A model generated the notes under the pieces. The model made no database searches and was not told the origin of the DNA. It worked only from the letters and a program-made list of their open reading frames with translations. DNA of 64,000 nt. It comes from Octopus vulgaris. Taxonomy: Eukaryota. The translations under genes and the position numbers were made by a program. Every line of letters begins with the position of its first letter. Position 1 is the stretch's first letter. Shown in pieces: positions 52,514 through 64,000 of the stretch. Location of the stretch: contig OX597818.1 in NCBI GenBank assembly GCA_951406725.2, forward strand, positions 117,118,001-117,182,000, in the 5' to 3' direction.

Positions 52514-53546
52514 TAAACGGTAATAATTTAACATTGATTTGATGCATGAACCCTGTTAGAGGTAGCAAACACACCACAGTTCATGAGCCAGTAGTCTAGT
52601 TGTCTCAATACAAAACTCGACACTCGTTAAGATTAACTATTTACATATTAGCTCAATCATAATTAAATGAGGTATGGTAGCGTATTAATTTTCCTTTAAA
52701 GGTGATGTGTATTTGTTTCTTCATTCTGAAACTCACAACATACTCTTCAACGACACTTCGTGTATTTGTTATTACCTAGTATCTCAAATTCCCTATTTTT
52801 CCCAACAATATTTCTCCCAAAGAAATGATTTTAAAAAATCATGAAGAAGCATCGAAGTAAGTTGATGAGAACTGTACAAATTTTCAAACAAAATATTGTG
52901 AAGAATGAAATTATGGCCTATAATACTTTTATAATTATTTTTTTTTATTATAGTTTTCATTATTATTAAAGACTGTTAAGCCTTTATTTAACTATTGCAA
53001 TCTCTTCGTCTTAAGACTACGGGCTAATCAACATTGCATTAACTGCATACCTCATTAATACGAAATAAAATTCTATAAAGAATTAGTTGGCATAACTCCC
53101 ACAAACCGGGGCAGTAATTCCAGTTTAAATAACGTATCTACGCAAGGATTTATTATAAGAGCATACATAAAACAATGATGTTTATCCCAGAGAGAAATGA
53201 AACTAATTGATGTTTCATAAACTGAACAAATTTCATTAACGTTACAAATTTTTATGCACGCTTTTGCTAATAACTATTGCATTCTAAGTAGTTGCATCGT
53301 TTTTGAAATATAATCGGAATGTAAACGCTGAATTTTAAACGCAATGAAATGTAAATCACCGCATACACTGGAAGTGAAATCGCCGTTTAGTACCGAAATT
53401 TGATGATTAAATTCAAATTTAAATTTATCTTTCAGAGAGTTAATTTATATAAAACACAATGGCGATAAACTGTTGGACTCTGTCACTGGTTGAATAGCAA
53501 CCGATTGAAGGTAGACAGGATGTAGAATAAATGTAGAATAATAATT

Positions 53547-54148
53547 TAAGGCGGCGAGCTGGCAGAAACGTTAGCACGCCGGGCGAACTGCTTAGCGGTA
53601 TTTCGTCTGCGTTACGTTGTGAGTTCAAATTCCGCCGAGGTCGACTTTGCCTTTCATCCTTTCGGGGCCGATAAAATAAGTACCAGTTACGCACTGGGAT
53701 CGATGTAATCGACTTAATACCTATGTCTGTCCTTGTTTGTCCCCTCTGTGTTTAGCCCCTTGTGGGTAATAAAGAAATAAGTATTTCGTCTGCATTTACA
53801 TTCTGAGTTCAAATTCCGCCGAGGTCGACTTTGCCTTTCAACCTTTCGGGGTCAATTAAATAAGCACCAGCTACGCACTGGGGTCGATCTAATCGACTTA
53901 ATCCGTTTGTCTGTCCTTGTTTGTCTTCTCTGTGTTTAGCCCCTTGTGGGTAGTAAAGAAATAGGTATTTCCTCTGCCGCTACGTTCTGTGTTCAAATTC
54001 CGCCGAAGTCGGCTTTGCCTTTCAACCTCTTGAGGTCGATAAATTAAGTACTAGTTACGCACTGGGGGTCGATGTAATCGACTTCATCCGTTTGTCTGTC
54101 CTTGTTTGTTCCCTCTATGTTTCGCCCCTTGTGGGCAATAAAGAAATA
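53547..54148 (+). mobile_element. SINE family B trimer
   Basis: Head plus three units of about 178 bp. Confidence 0.9.
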
Positions 54149-55151
54149 ACAATAATTGTAGTGATTTTCGAACAAGTGGTGTTGTCTCTGCAATAATTTT
54201 ACATATAGTGAAATATCTGGCTTATATGTTTTATATGCATCTTTTAGTAACAGAGTGTCGTAAGCACCATCCTGGCCATTTTCGGGGTTAGTGAATCATT
54301 TTCGTTGTCTCGACGTCTGGAATCCGAAAAAGTTGGGAGGAAGGACCAGTGAGGCTTGCAAAAAGGGCGAAAATCCGGCTAAACATTATTGTACCTCGAC
54401 GGAGGCTATTGACACGACGCTCGCGCACCCAAACGTGGACCAGACAGTATAGTAACACATAATCGTAAGCACACCCGGTCAATGAATAACTTTGGTATGG
54501 TCCCTGTATCGTTTTACGAGGTGTAATGGATTATTTTCTAATATTCCTCGTCACTATCAGACACACACCAGTCTGCAATGCACAGGAATGGTCTATACTA
54601 TGTCTGTACTTTCTTCCACTTCAAACATTATAACTTCTCCGACCAGACACATTTAACTGAATACTTTCACCTCCAACTATCATATGTATTTTATCCAGCC
54701 CCACCGTACCCTCCACCAACTATTCATCGCAATGTTTGCTCCTCACGGCCAGATTGGCTTTGAGATTCTCCTAGAATGATCTTGATGTTTTTTATCTTTA
54801 TCGCAAATATTGACGCCAACTGTTGAACAATTTTATTAACACGAATCTCATTGATGTCGGAGTGTCTACAAAGGCTATAAGCAACGACATTCCCTCCACA
54901 TACAGCTTAGCAAAAAACAAAAAGCAAAAATATGTTAGCTTATATTTTAAGTCGTTATGCAGTTGATTAAAGAGAGATTTGTATGCTATTTCTCCCATCA
55001 GATCAGTAACAAGGAGACTTGCTCTTTTGCTCCATTTCCTCTCTTATTTATATAGGTCAAACATGTTCTTCATACACACACACATACATACATATACACA
55101 CATATCATATATAAATTATATCATATTATATTATATTATATTTTAATATAT

Positions 55152-55485
<334 letters not shown>

Positions 55486-56309
55486 GTCTATGCATATATA
55501 TGTACACACATTTACACATGTGTACATATGTATGAACACAGAGACACACATGAATATGTACATATTTATATGTATTGATTTTTTTTCCAGTTTTCTGCGC
55601 GTAGATGTGAACCATAAATATGCATGGATGTATTTAGGTACTTATGTATGCCTATGCATACATATATACAGACACACACATGCACATATATATATATATA
55701 TATATATATATACTCACAGACGCACTCACAGACACACGCATATATTAATTCGCATACAAAAGTGTAATCCGATTATGTTTATTAAATCAGAAACGCATTT
55801 TGTTACTAAAGAAAATCACATCACATTCATTTCTTAAATTACATTGCCCTTAACAAATTTTATTTCCATTCTAATAAAATTTAATTATTATTTATTTTAT
55901 CAGCTCATAAATCGTAATTAAATTTCTAGAAGAAAAAAATTCAGATGCATTACATTAGGAGAAACAAGAATCATATTGGAGCTAAAATTACAACAATACT
56001 TTTCAAATAGACGTACATTTTCCTTTTTACAAATCAAGAAGCCTTTAGATATTTTTGATTGTGTAATTTAAGCTGAAGATTGATATTGCGTATATTGTTC
56101 GGTCTTCGGAATCTCTAATAGTGAGGGAATATCATGTGATTTATTTTCGGGAGAAAAGTATGCTTTCCATTTTATTGCGCTTTTAATTTGTATAGTGTCG
56201 ACGTAAACGCTGAAGGTATGCGGCATAGAAAAGAGGGGAACGTTATCGAGATTAACGTTTATCTTGAATAACTAAAAGCTAACGGTTTAAGAAAGAATAC
56301 AGAGGGGAT

Positions 56310-56549
56310 AGAAATACCTATTTCTTTACTACCCGCAAGGGGCTAAACACAGAGGGGACGACAAATAAGGACAGACAAACGGATTAAGTCGATGACATCG
56401 AGCCCAGTGCGTAACTGGTACTTATTTAATCGACCCCGAAAGGATGAAAGGCAAAGTCGACCTCGGCGGAATTTGAACTCAGAACGTAGCGGCAGACGAA
56501 ATACTGCTACAGCATTTCGTCCGGCGTGCTAACGTTTCTGCCAGCTCGC
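56310..56549 (-). mobile_element. SINE family B monomer
   Basis: One full unit plus head. Confidence 0.9.
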
Positions 56550-56581
56550 TACCTGAAGATAGTCTCTTCTACTCTGGGCAC

Positions 56582-56616
<35 letters not shown>

Positions 56617-58245
56617 CACACGCACGCACGCACGCACGCGCACACACACATACAAACATTTCGCAGAGATACAGACATATATATAATCAAAATCAAAATC
56701 AAAACAAAATGCTATATTATTTGCTATGGACAAAAGAAATAAGATATTTACATTCTTATGAACATCCTGGTTTCAATCGTTTTCAAGACGAATTAATCAT
56801 GACGTAAGAGAAGGGGAATATATTGAGTGAAATGAAATTTACGTTTTATTTTAACAGTTCTGGAAGTTGATATACTTTTCTTATAAAATTCCTAAACACG
56901 TACGAACACAGGCGCACGAACACAAACACACAAGCATACAAACGCGTACACACAACACACACACACACCTATTGGTGGAAAACAGAGGCAAAGGGGGAAA
57001 ATCATTTTTTGGCAGGATGGTGGTTTAACGTATGACTTATTTATTGAATTCAGTTTAGGAAATGTTCCACCCTGCATATTTGTTGTACAGATATTCTATT
57101 ATTCAGTACATAGAGTTGTTTCATTAAAGAACGAATTTTGAGAGTTGAAATATTTCATATGATTTCTGACGTCTAAATGATGAAAATAAAAGTCTTTATT
57201 CTGCAGACAAGGGATGGGTCCGCTCCATCTCAGTTCAATATTTAAAAAAACTAGCTGCTAGATCTCCAGCAGATTGAAACAGATCGAAAGTAAAACAAAA
57301 GACCACTGTCGCCAATGAATTCATAACTTAAAAACGTAGAAAAATGTTTGAATAATATGAGAAATATATGGTCATATCTAAATACATTTTAAGTCCACAT
57401 GATTCAAAACTTTTTCTGCATAGTTACAAAAAACGAACAAACGAACAAAAAATACAATTATTATATATTTAAAGAAAAATATTTATGGATCATTTTAAAA
57501 TTAAAATACCTTAATCAATTCTAGTTCTTCTTATCACCTGTCAAATAGTAATGCTTTTTTTGTTATATCGAAATATAAATATTCAACTTAATGTGACAAA
57601 ACATTTTATAGAGTTTTCTAATAAAGATGAAAAGTAGATATGTCATGTAATCAATCATTTCGTATTTATTTAGTCAGCTAAGGTGTTATTTTTGTTCAGC
57701 ACTAATTCTGCTCTCATGCAGAGAACCTAACATGATGTGTGGTCATGCAGTGTTTATTATATTTTCCCAAATATGTGAGACTACATTGTGATGATGACAA
57801 GAATAACGATGATGATGAAGATGATGATAACGCTGATAGGAAGAGCAACAATAATAATTATCATAATAAACTGTTACAGTTATTGTGATGGCGGCATTTT
57901 CATTTAGGAATGCATATCTATTAAATAATCTGTAAATAAGGAGGAATCCAGCTGTTTGTAAAGGCATCGTTCGCTGCAGTAACTTCGATTTAGTACGCAA
58001 CATACAAGAAGACAGATAAATATGTGTGATACAGAACGATATGCTGTGAGGGTGAAGTGTATGTGATATGGAATCACACGTTACAAGAGCAGGATTTCAA
58101 TTGTCAATCCATCTGCCAGCAGGGAATCATTGTCGCAATTAAGCCAACAGAGACATTATGTACGTGTAATCAATATTTCTGAAGTGTAATTTTCTGAAGC
58201 TACACACACATATATACAGACATAATATATACTCATATGCATGCA

Positions 58246-58246
<1 letters not shown>

Positions 58247-58296
<50 letters not shown>

Positions 58297-58400
58297 GTAA
58301 TTTGTTCTATCTGTGTGCAGCCCTGTGTGGCTAATAAAGAAACATATCTATCTATCCATCCATCCATCCATCCATCCATCCACCCACCCAAAACCCATCC

Positions 58401-58457
<57 letters not shown>

Positions 58458-58526
58458 CCTACTTACATACCTACCGACCTATCTATCTATCTATCTATCT
58501 ACCTACCTACTTACATACCTACGGAC

Positions 58527-58574
<48 letters not shown>

Positions 58575-58576
58575 AT
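58247..58576. repeat. Compound (TCTA)/(TCCA)/(CCTA) repeat
   Basis: Direct reading; includes a duplicated higher-order block of about 48 bp. Confidence 0.9.
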
Positions 58577-58869
58577 CTTACATAAGGGAATTTGTGAAGA
58601 ATCACATAGAAGAAACGACGACACCTGTCTACATATTAAATTCTGTGCAGTAATTACTTCAAACTGTGTTCGAACTAAGAATGGACAATATTAGCTGTCG
58701 GTCAAATAAGATTAAAAATATACGTGTTGATTTTTCTTTTATATATTTCTTACCCGTCGACTTGGGCAAACCAAAGATTCATGAATAGAACTAGTAGACC
58801 CGAACTGCAGATGCTCATCTATTATTATGTCTTATGAAACTAAATTGGCCACCCTTTTTGTTCCTGCTT

Positions 58870-59790
58870 CGTTTGTAGAACAAGCATCGATCCTGGCTTT
58901 GCAGATGCATTGAGACTGGTAAGATTAAGGAAGTTAGGGTTATATTTAATCTGTTTGAAGTCAACACACACAAAAAGAGCATGAGTTGGAAGAATATTAG
59001 ATAGGAATGATGCTCTTGGAAGGAAGGACTGGGTGGGTGGTTAGGCGGTGGATTTGGCTAGATAAAAGAATGAGAGAAACAAGTGAGCAAGTGCGGTTGG
59101 GTGAAGATGACAAACCACCTGACATCTAAGAAGGTATCACTTAGAATATCGGCAGATATGATAGAATGGAGACAGCACAATTTGAGCTAGAGTGTGTATG
59201 TATGATATTTTTATTTCTCACGCCGGATGCGGTTCGAAATATTAGTTGTAATCCTCCTGCACCATTTTGGACATGATAGAGATATTTCATTATAGATCGC
59301 ATCTGAGCTTATTAGAATATTATTCATGTTGTAGGCTGTTTCTAACCTTGAAGTAAAGTTCCAGTGTCAGAGATGCACTCCCAGTGATATTAATGATGTA
59401 ATTTTTTTGAGGACGTCCATCGGTTTTACTGAGGGCCACATTCTGGAGCGACCGAATGCGGTATTTGAGTGCTATCCAAGTGAAAGAAGTATATGACGCA
59501 ATCGGTGTGCCTCGATGACACGAATCCATAGGGTACTTTTGAGGTTTCTTTTCATGAAATTAAGACAATTTTTTTAAATAGTATCTCAGATGTGTTAGGG
59601 ATCCTCCAAGAATTGATAAAATTTAGAGAGCAATGAAGCTCTATCTTTTGCGTTAGAATAGTTGTTGGAGGTGAGGTAAGTAGGTCATAGGTCAGTAAAA
59701 TTAAAGCGTAAAGGAGGAGGAGGAGTAGGGAACTGAGGCAGACAAGAATTCTCAGAGACTGGAGCAAATGGAGCATTCTTCGTATAATTC
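58870..59790 (-). mobile_element. Highly decayed CR1/L2-group LINE, RT C-terminal part
   Basis: AQMRSIMKYL..HVQNGAG and SFLPRASFLSNILP resemble the IRPxLEY..VW and SFxPRTxxxWNxLP LINE motifs. Confidence 0.55.
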
Positions 59791-59885
59791 CTCATCTTCT
59801 TTAACCATATGCATATATATTAGCATAAAGGACAATGTTAGAAATAAGTTATGTAAAGATAGGTGTAGGAGTAGCTGAGTGGCAA

Positions 59886-60298
59886 GTATAGGAGTAAGAG
59901 TGGCTGTGTGGCAAGTAGCTTGCTTACGAACCGCATGGTTCTGGGTTCAGTCCCACTACGTGGCACGTTGGGAAAGTGTCTTCTACTGTAGCCTCGGGCC
60001 GACCAAAGCCTTTTGAGTGGATTTGGTAGTCGGAAACTGAAAGAAGCCCGTTGTATTTATGTATATATATTTGTATGCGTGTGTATATGTTTGTATGTCT
60101 GAGTTTGTCCCCCCAACATCGCTTGACAACCGATGCTGCTGTGTTTACGTCCCCGTAACTTAGCGGTTCGGCAAAAGAGACCGATAGAATGAGTACTAGG
60201 TTTACAAAGAATAAGTCCTGGGGTCAATTTGCTCGACTAAAGGCGGTGCTCCAGCATGGCCACAGTCACGTGACTAAAACAAGTAAAAGAGTAAACAG
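59886..60298 (+). mobile_element. Full SINE family C
   Basis: Complete head, CORE-like box and tail; a partial duplicated head lies at about 59863-59888. Confidence 0.92.
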
Positions 60299-60785
60299 AA
60301 ACTCAAACAGAATTAAAGAGAAAATATGATAAATAAAACACAAAAAACTTCCGTTTCCGAATTCTTTAAAATAATCTACTTATCTTTTTCTTCTGTTTTT
60401 GCAAATACAGTTGTAAAACATTATTGTTTGAAAAGCGCAGTTGAAATGTAAAATTTGAGAATCTTAGATTTAAATGGGAATGAAAATTGTCTTGGCAGGA
60501 ACACGCTTTTATTCTTTTAAAATTAGTTTGTCTTTTCTATTGATGAAGCCTCTTACTGGTTATATATAATCGTTATTAGTGGATGAGTGACGTATTAAAA
60601 TATACTATACATTGATTATAAATAATTATCTAGGACAACATTGTGATGTAGAATACTATCCATTTAACCATTAAAAACATTAACGATTAATATCGACTCG
60701 TTCTATTTTTAAGTTTTCCTATAAGCAGGGCTATTATAACTGAGTTAACGGCTCATCTAATGAATGCTATACGTAGTCGTAGTAT

Positions 60786-60865
<80 letters not shown>

Positions 60866-61140
60866 ACAAAGGGTAAAATTAATTAATTAAGAAGTAATCA
60901 ATAATTTCACCAAGTAGAATTCGGCATGAAAAAAGGACCATTTCATGGTAGACTTAAGTAATACTAAATAATTAGGGTTCAGCAAAGATTTGCTTTACCA
61001 CATACCGAAGTTTAGAAATAGCAGCCAAAAAACGTTAGCTATTTCTTCTACTTTAAAAAGGGACTCCCAGAAAAACCAAAATACTTGAAAGCAATCCACA
61101 CAGGCAGAGAGGAAGAAGTAACGAAAATCAATAAATATCT

Positions 61141-61231
61141 GGTCACCTATGGACGCACGTTTCGGAATTAGGTTGGAAGGAAGAATATAGAATTATACTC
61201 TACCAACCGTTTTCCTCTTCAGCATAGGACC
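61141..61231 (-). ncRNA. Type I hammerhead ribozyme
   Basis: CCTATG-CTGAAGA-GGAA..GGTTGG..CCAACC..TTCC-GAAAC-GTGC-GTC-CATAGG; all core residues present; predicted cut at 61152/61151. Confidence 0.9.
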
Positions 61232-61584
61232 CCATCAATAATTAGATATTGAAATATTAAATTCGAAGGTACTGGAATAATTGAACATATCTCTCCACCT
61301 AGCGGTATCAAACAGATAATATTCAGTGTTAGTACCGCCGGATACCCTTTGTTATTATTGGTAATAGAATGTTCTCCCTGATAACAAGCTACAGATTTTT
61401 TTCTGTAGTAGTTTACTTGTAGACACACGAGGACGGGCAGGGGAGGGTAATTGAACCTCATTCATGTTTTGAATCCGGCGGTACTAACACTGAATATTAT
61501 CTGTCTGATACCGTTAGGTGGAGAGATATGTTCAATTATTCCAGTACCTTCGAATTTAATATTTCAATATTTAATTATTGATGG

Positions 61585-61675
61585 GGTCCTATGCTGAAGA
61601 GGAAAACGGTTGGTAAAGTATAATTCTATATCCTTCCTTCCAACCTAATTCTGAAACGCGCGTCCATAGGTGACC
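61585..61675 (+). ncRNA. Type I hammerhead ribozyme
   Basis: CCTATG(61588)-CTGAAGA(61594-61600)-GGAA..TTCT-GAAAC(61653)-GCGC-GTC(61662-61664)-CATAGG; stem III ACGCGCGT is a perfect palindrome. Confidence 0.88.
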
Positions 61676-61847
61676 AGATATTGATTGATTTTCGTTACTG
61701 CTTCCTCTCTGCCTGTGTGGATTGTTTTCAAGTATTTTGGTTTTTCTGGGAGTCCCTTTTTAAAGTAAAAGAAATAGCTAACGTCTTTTGGCTGCTATTT
61801 CTAAACTTCGGTATGTGGTAAAGCAAATCTTTGCTGAACCCTAATTA

Positions 61848-61878
<31 letters not shown>

Positions 61879-62199
61879 ATAAGGCAAGGAACAAAATGGA
61901 AAAGAGATTCAATTGACAAACATCAGTAAGATATATATTTATTATAATTATAGGAATAAATAAATAAATGTCAACTTTGTAGCATACTGGAACCCCAAAG
62001 TAGAAACAGCCATGAGGATTTTTGTATTGAAGTACGAGATGAATTCCGCAGTACGACCACACAAATATATCTTTAAGGTAATTCAGTTAATAAAACCAGC
62101 TTGCATATTTCTTTTGCATTCTCTTTTTCATAATTGACATTTTACCTGTAACTAGAACTTTTCTGTTTTAAATACCACAAAACATTATTTTTGAGTGTT

Positions 62200-62339
62200 T
62201 TTTGGGGGTGGGGTGGGGGCTGGAACGGATTAATTAATTTTATTTAATTTCAATGGGGAAAATTGATTTGTAAACCGAGTAGATCGTAAGACGAACTCGG
62301 TCATGGAACAAATTTAACTTGTACTGCGAAGTATCACTG
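62200..62339. mobile_element. Tigger-like transposon end, decayed
   Basis: GGAACGGATTAATT..CAATGGGGAAAATTGATT..GGTCATGGAACAAATT..GAAGTATCACTG. Confidence 0.5.
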
Positions 62340-62635
62340 AATTTGCAATGTTCAAGTTGTCTCCCTTCGCTAAGTTTTTTTATTTTTATTTTAACTATTA
62401 TGATACATCTTTCTTAGCCAGTTGTTATTTTGGTGAGCCCGCTGAGTATTGATAATATCTCTTCATTTTTTCATTCATACCAGGGTTTCTCTGAACGAAG
62501 ACGATATACCTGTTTTCTAAATTCTACGGAGTATATTGTCATGACGCAGAAAAACACCATCAGTGAAATTTATTCGTTTGATTTCAGTATGTTTTTCTAA
62601 CTTATATGCTGTGATAAAAATATTGAGTGACTCTA

Positions 62636-62822
62636 GGGCAAGCAGGTTCGTAGCTTTTCATCAGCCTTTCCGTTCTGAGCTCAAATTCTGCTGAGGTCAA
62701 CTTTAGCTTTCATCCTTTAAGGGTCGATGAAATAATAAGTACTAGTTGAACACTGAGGCCGATATAATCGACTTATACCATTTTTCGAACTTGCTGGCCT
62801 TGTGCCAAAAGTTAAACCAATA
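62636..62822 (+). mobile_element. Decayed SINE family B
   Basis: TTCTGAGCTCAAATTCTGCTGAGGTCAACTTT..GGCCTTGTGCCAAAA. Similar decayed copies lie at about 1340, 37147, 42846, 45943 and 46277. Confidence 0.75.
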
Positions 62823-62867
62823 TTAAGGGACGCTAAATCTTAGTAGTAAATTGTCCAGTAAAAATAT

Positions 62868-63172
62868 TGTTGTTGTTTGTTCCTTCTCAAGCCTTGCCTA
62901 GCTTATAGGGCCGGTTTCCCGGTTTCCTTGGCCTATAGATTCCCCACCTGGACGGGACGCCGGTTAGACGCTGGTGAGCTGCAAGATGCAGGAGGAAAGA
63001 GTGAGAGAAAGTTGTGGCGAAAGAGTCAGCAGAAGTCTGCCATTACCTTCTGCCGGAGCCGCGTGAAGCTTAGGTGTTTTGCTTATAAACACATACATCG
63101 TCCCGTTTGAGATTCGAACCCGCGATCCCTCGACCGCGAGTCCGCTACTCTAGCCACTAGGCCAAGTGCCTC
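62868..63172 (-). mobile_element. Family A-related SINE with (AAC)n tail
   Basis: Head GAGGCACTTGGCCTAGTGGCTAGAGTAGCGGACTCGCGG; tail GGCGTCCCGTCCAGGTGGGG..GAGAAGGAACAAACAACAAC. Confidence 0.85.
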
Positions 63173-64000
63173 AAGTAAAAATAAATTAAGATGTCTAATT
63201 TAGTGTCAACATAAACAGATCTGTAATAGAAAAATGTTTTAAAATTCAGCATTTTTGTGAACTGTCTTCCAAAAAAGTATATGCTAGAAAATTTATTTGA
63301 AGAGAAAAGATGCATCACCCGATATTCTAAGCATGTTTCTCAAACTAATTCCCATATTAAAACTGAGATATCTTTGGAAGTACTATAAAGTATCGTACAG
63401 ACAGTTTTCGTTTCGGTACATCAAAAACTTATTAGAAGTCGTTCTACACACATTTCTCTGCATGTTACTATTTTGTTTTAGTGTTCATTTTATTGTCTCC
63501 TGTCGTTATGTATTTTCATAAATATAGACTGAGTTTTAAATATGGCTCTATATGCAATTATGTTCAGAAATAAAAAAAAAGTTATATATGACATGATGCG
63601 ACTTTAATATTCGACAAATCGATACCTTTATATATAATTGAACTCGTAGACAGCTGAAAATAGTTATGCAGATCAAAATTGCATATATATATATCTAGAC
63701 ACGTCTTCTCCAACGTTTTTAAGTGTCTATTTGAACCAAAAGCTGTTTATTTTATTCATATATTCTTTGAGAAAAGTTCATAAAACATCCAATACTGGCC
63801 GTTGCTAATATTTACTAGTTGCCTTTTCATATCGCTCTTGTCACTTGCGGGTTGGACAGGTTGCTTTCTAATCTGATCTTTGGATTCAGTGCCCAAGGGA
63901 AGTCAAAAACAAAGCTTAGATATGAGCAACAGTCTAGTGTTACATCATTTTTTTACTCCGATGCATTACATCGATGACATATATTTATCGCTGAGGCGGT

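Larger units (their letters stand above)
60863..61857. mobile_element. 1-kb fold-back PLE-type insertion in (TA)n with two hammerheads
   Basis: 385-bp arms 60959-61343 and 61473-61857 (about 12 mismatches by eye), 129-nt loop, 96-nt tail on the left, (TA)n on both sides. Confidence 0.92.

Overview
AT-rich, repeat-dense eukaryotic DNA. The SINE repertoire and microsatellite load suggest a cephalopod, probably Octopus (inference from family resemblance). No intact host protein-coding gene is recognisable, and nearly all ORFs in the track come from microsatellites or SINEs. The window holds at least three tRNA-headed SINE groups (several with clear TSDs, one forming tandem arrays) and decayed fossils of two Penelope-like elements (PLEs, GIY-YIG endonuclease), a Helitron, mariner, Tigger and CR1/L2/RTE LINEs. 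The main signal is a recurring class of short non-coding fold-back insertions (about 15.4, 31.9, 35.0, 39.7, 49.7, 51.0 and 60.9 kb). Each has two outward-pointing 3' ends and one arm longer by a 20-100 nt tail, and most sit in (TA)n. Most carry whole or split type-I hammerhead ribozyme motifs with minimal, often palindromic, stem III. The hammerhead cores show three different 3:8 pairs (C-G, U-A, G-C). A further hammerhead lies in the 3' UTR of the PLE at the window start. Other notable items are a 2.3-kb palindrome with a 9-nt loop nested in a PLE fossil and a TE-free promoter-like island at about 38-39 kb. All alignments and folds were made by eye.
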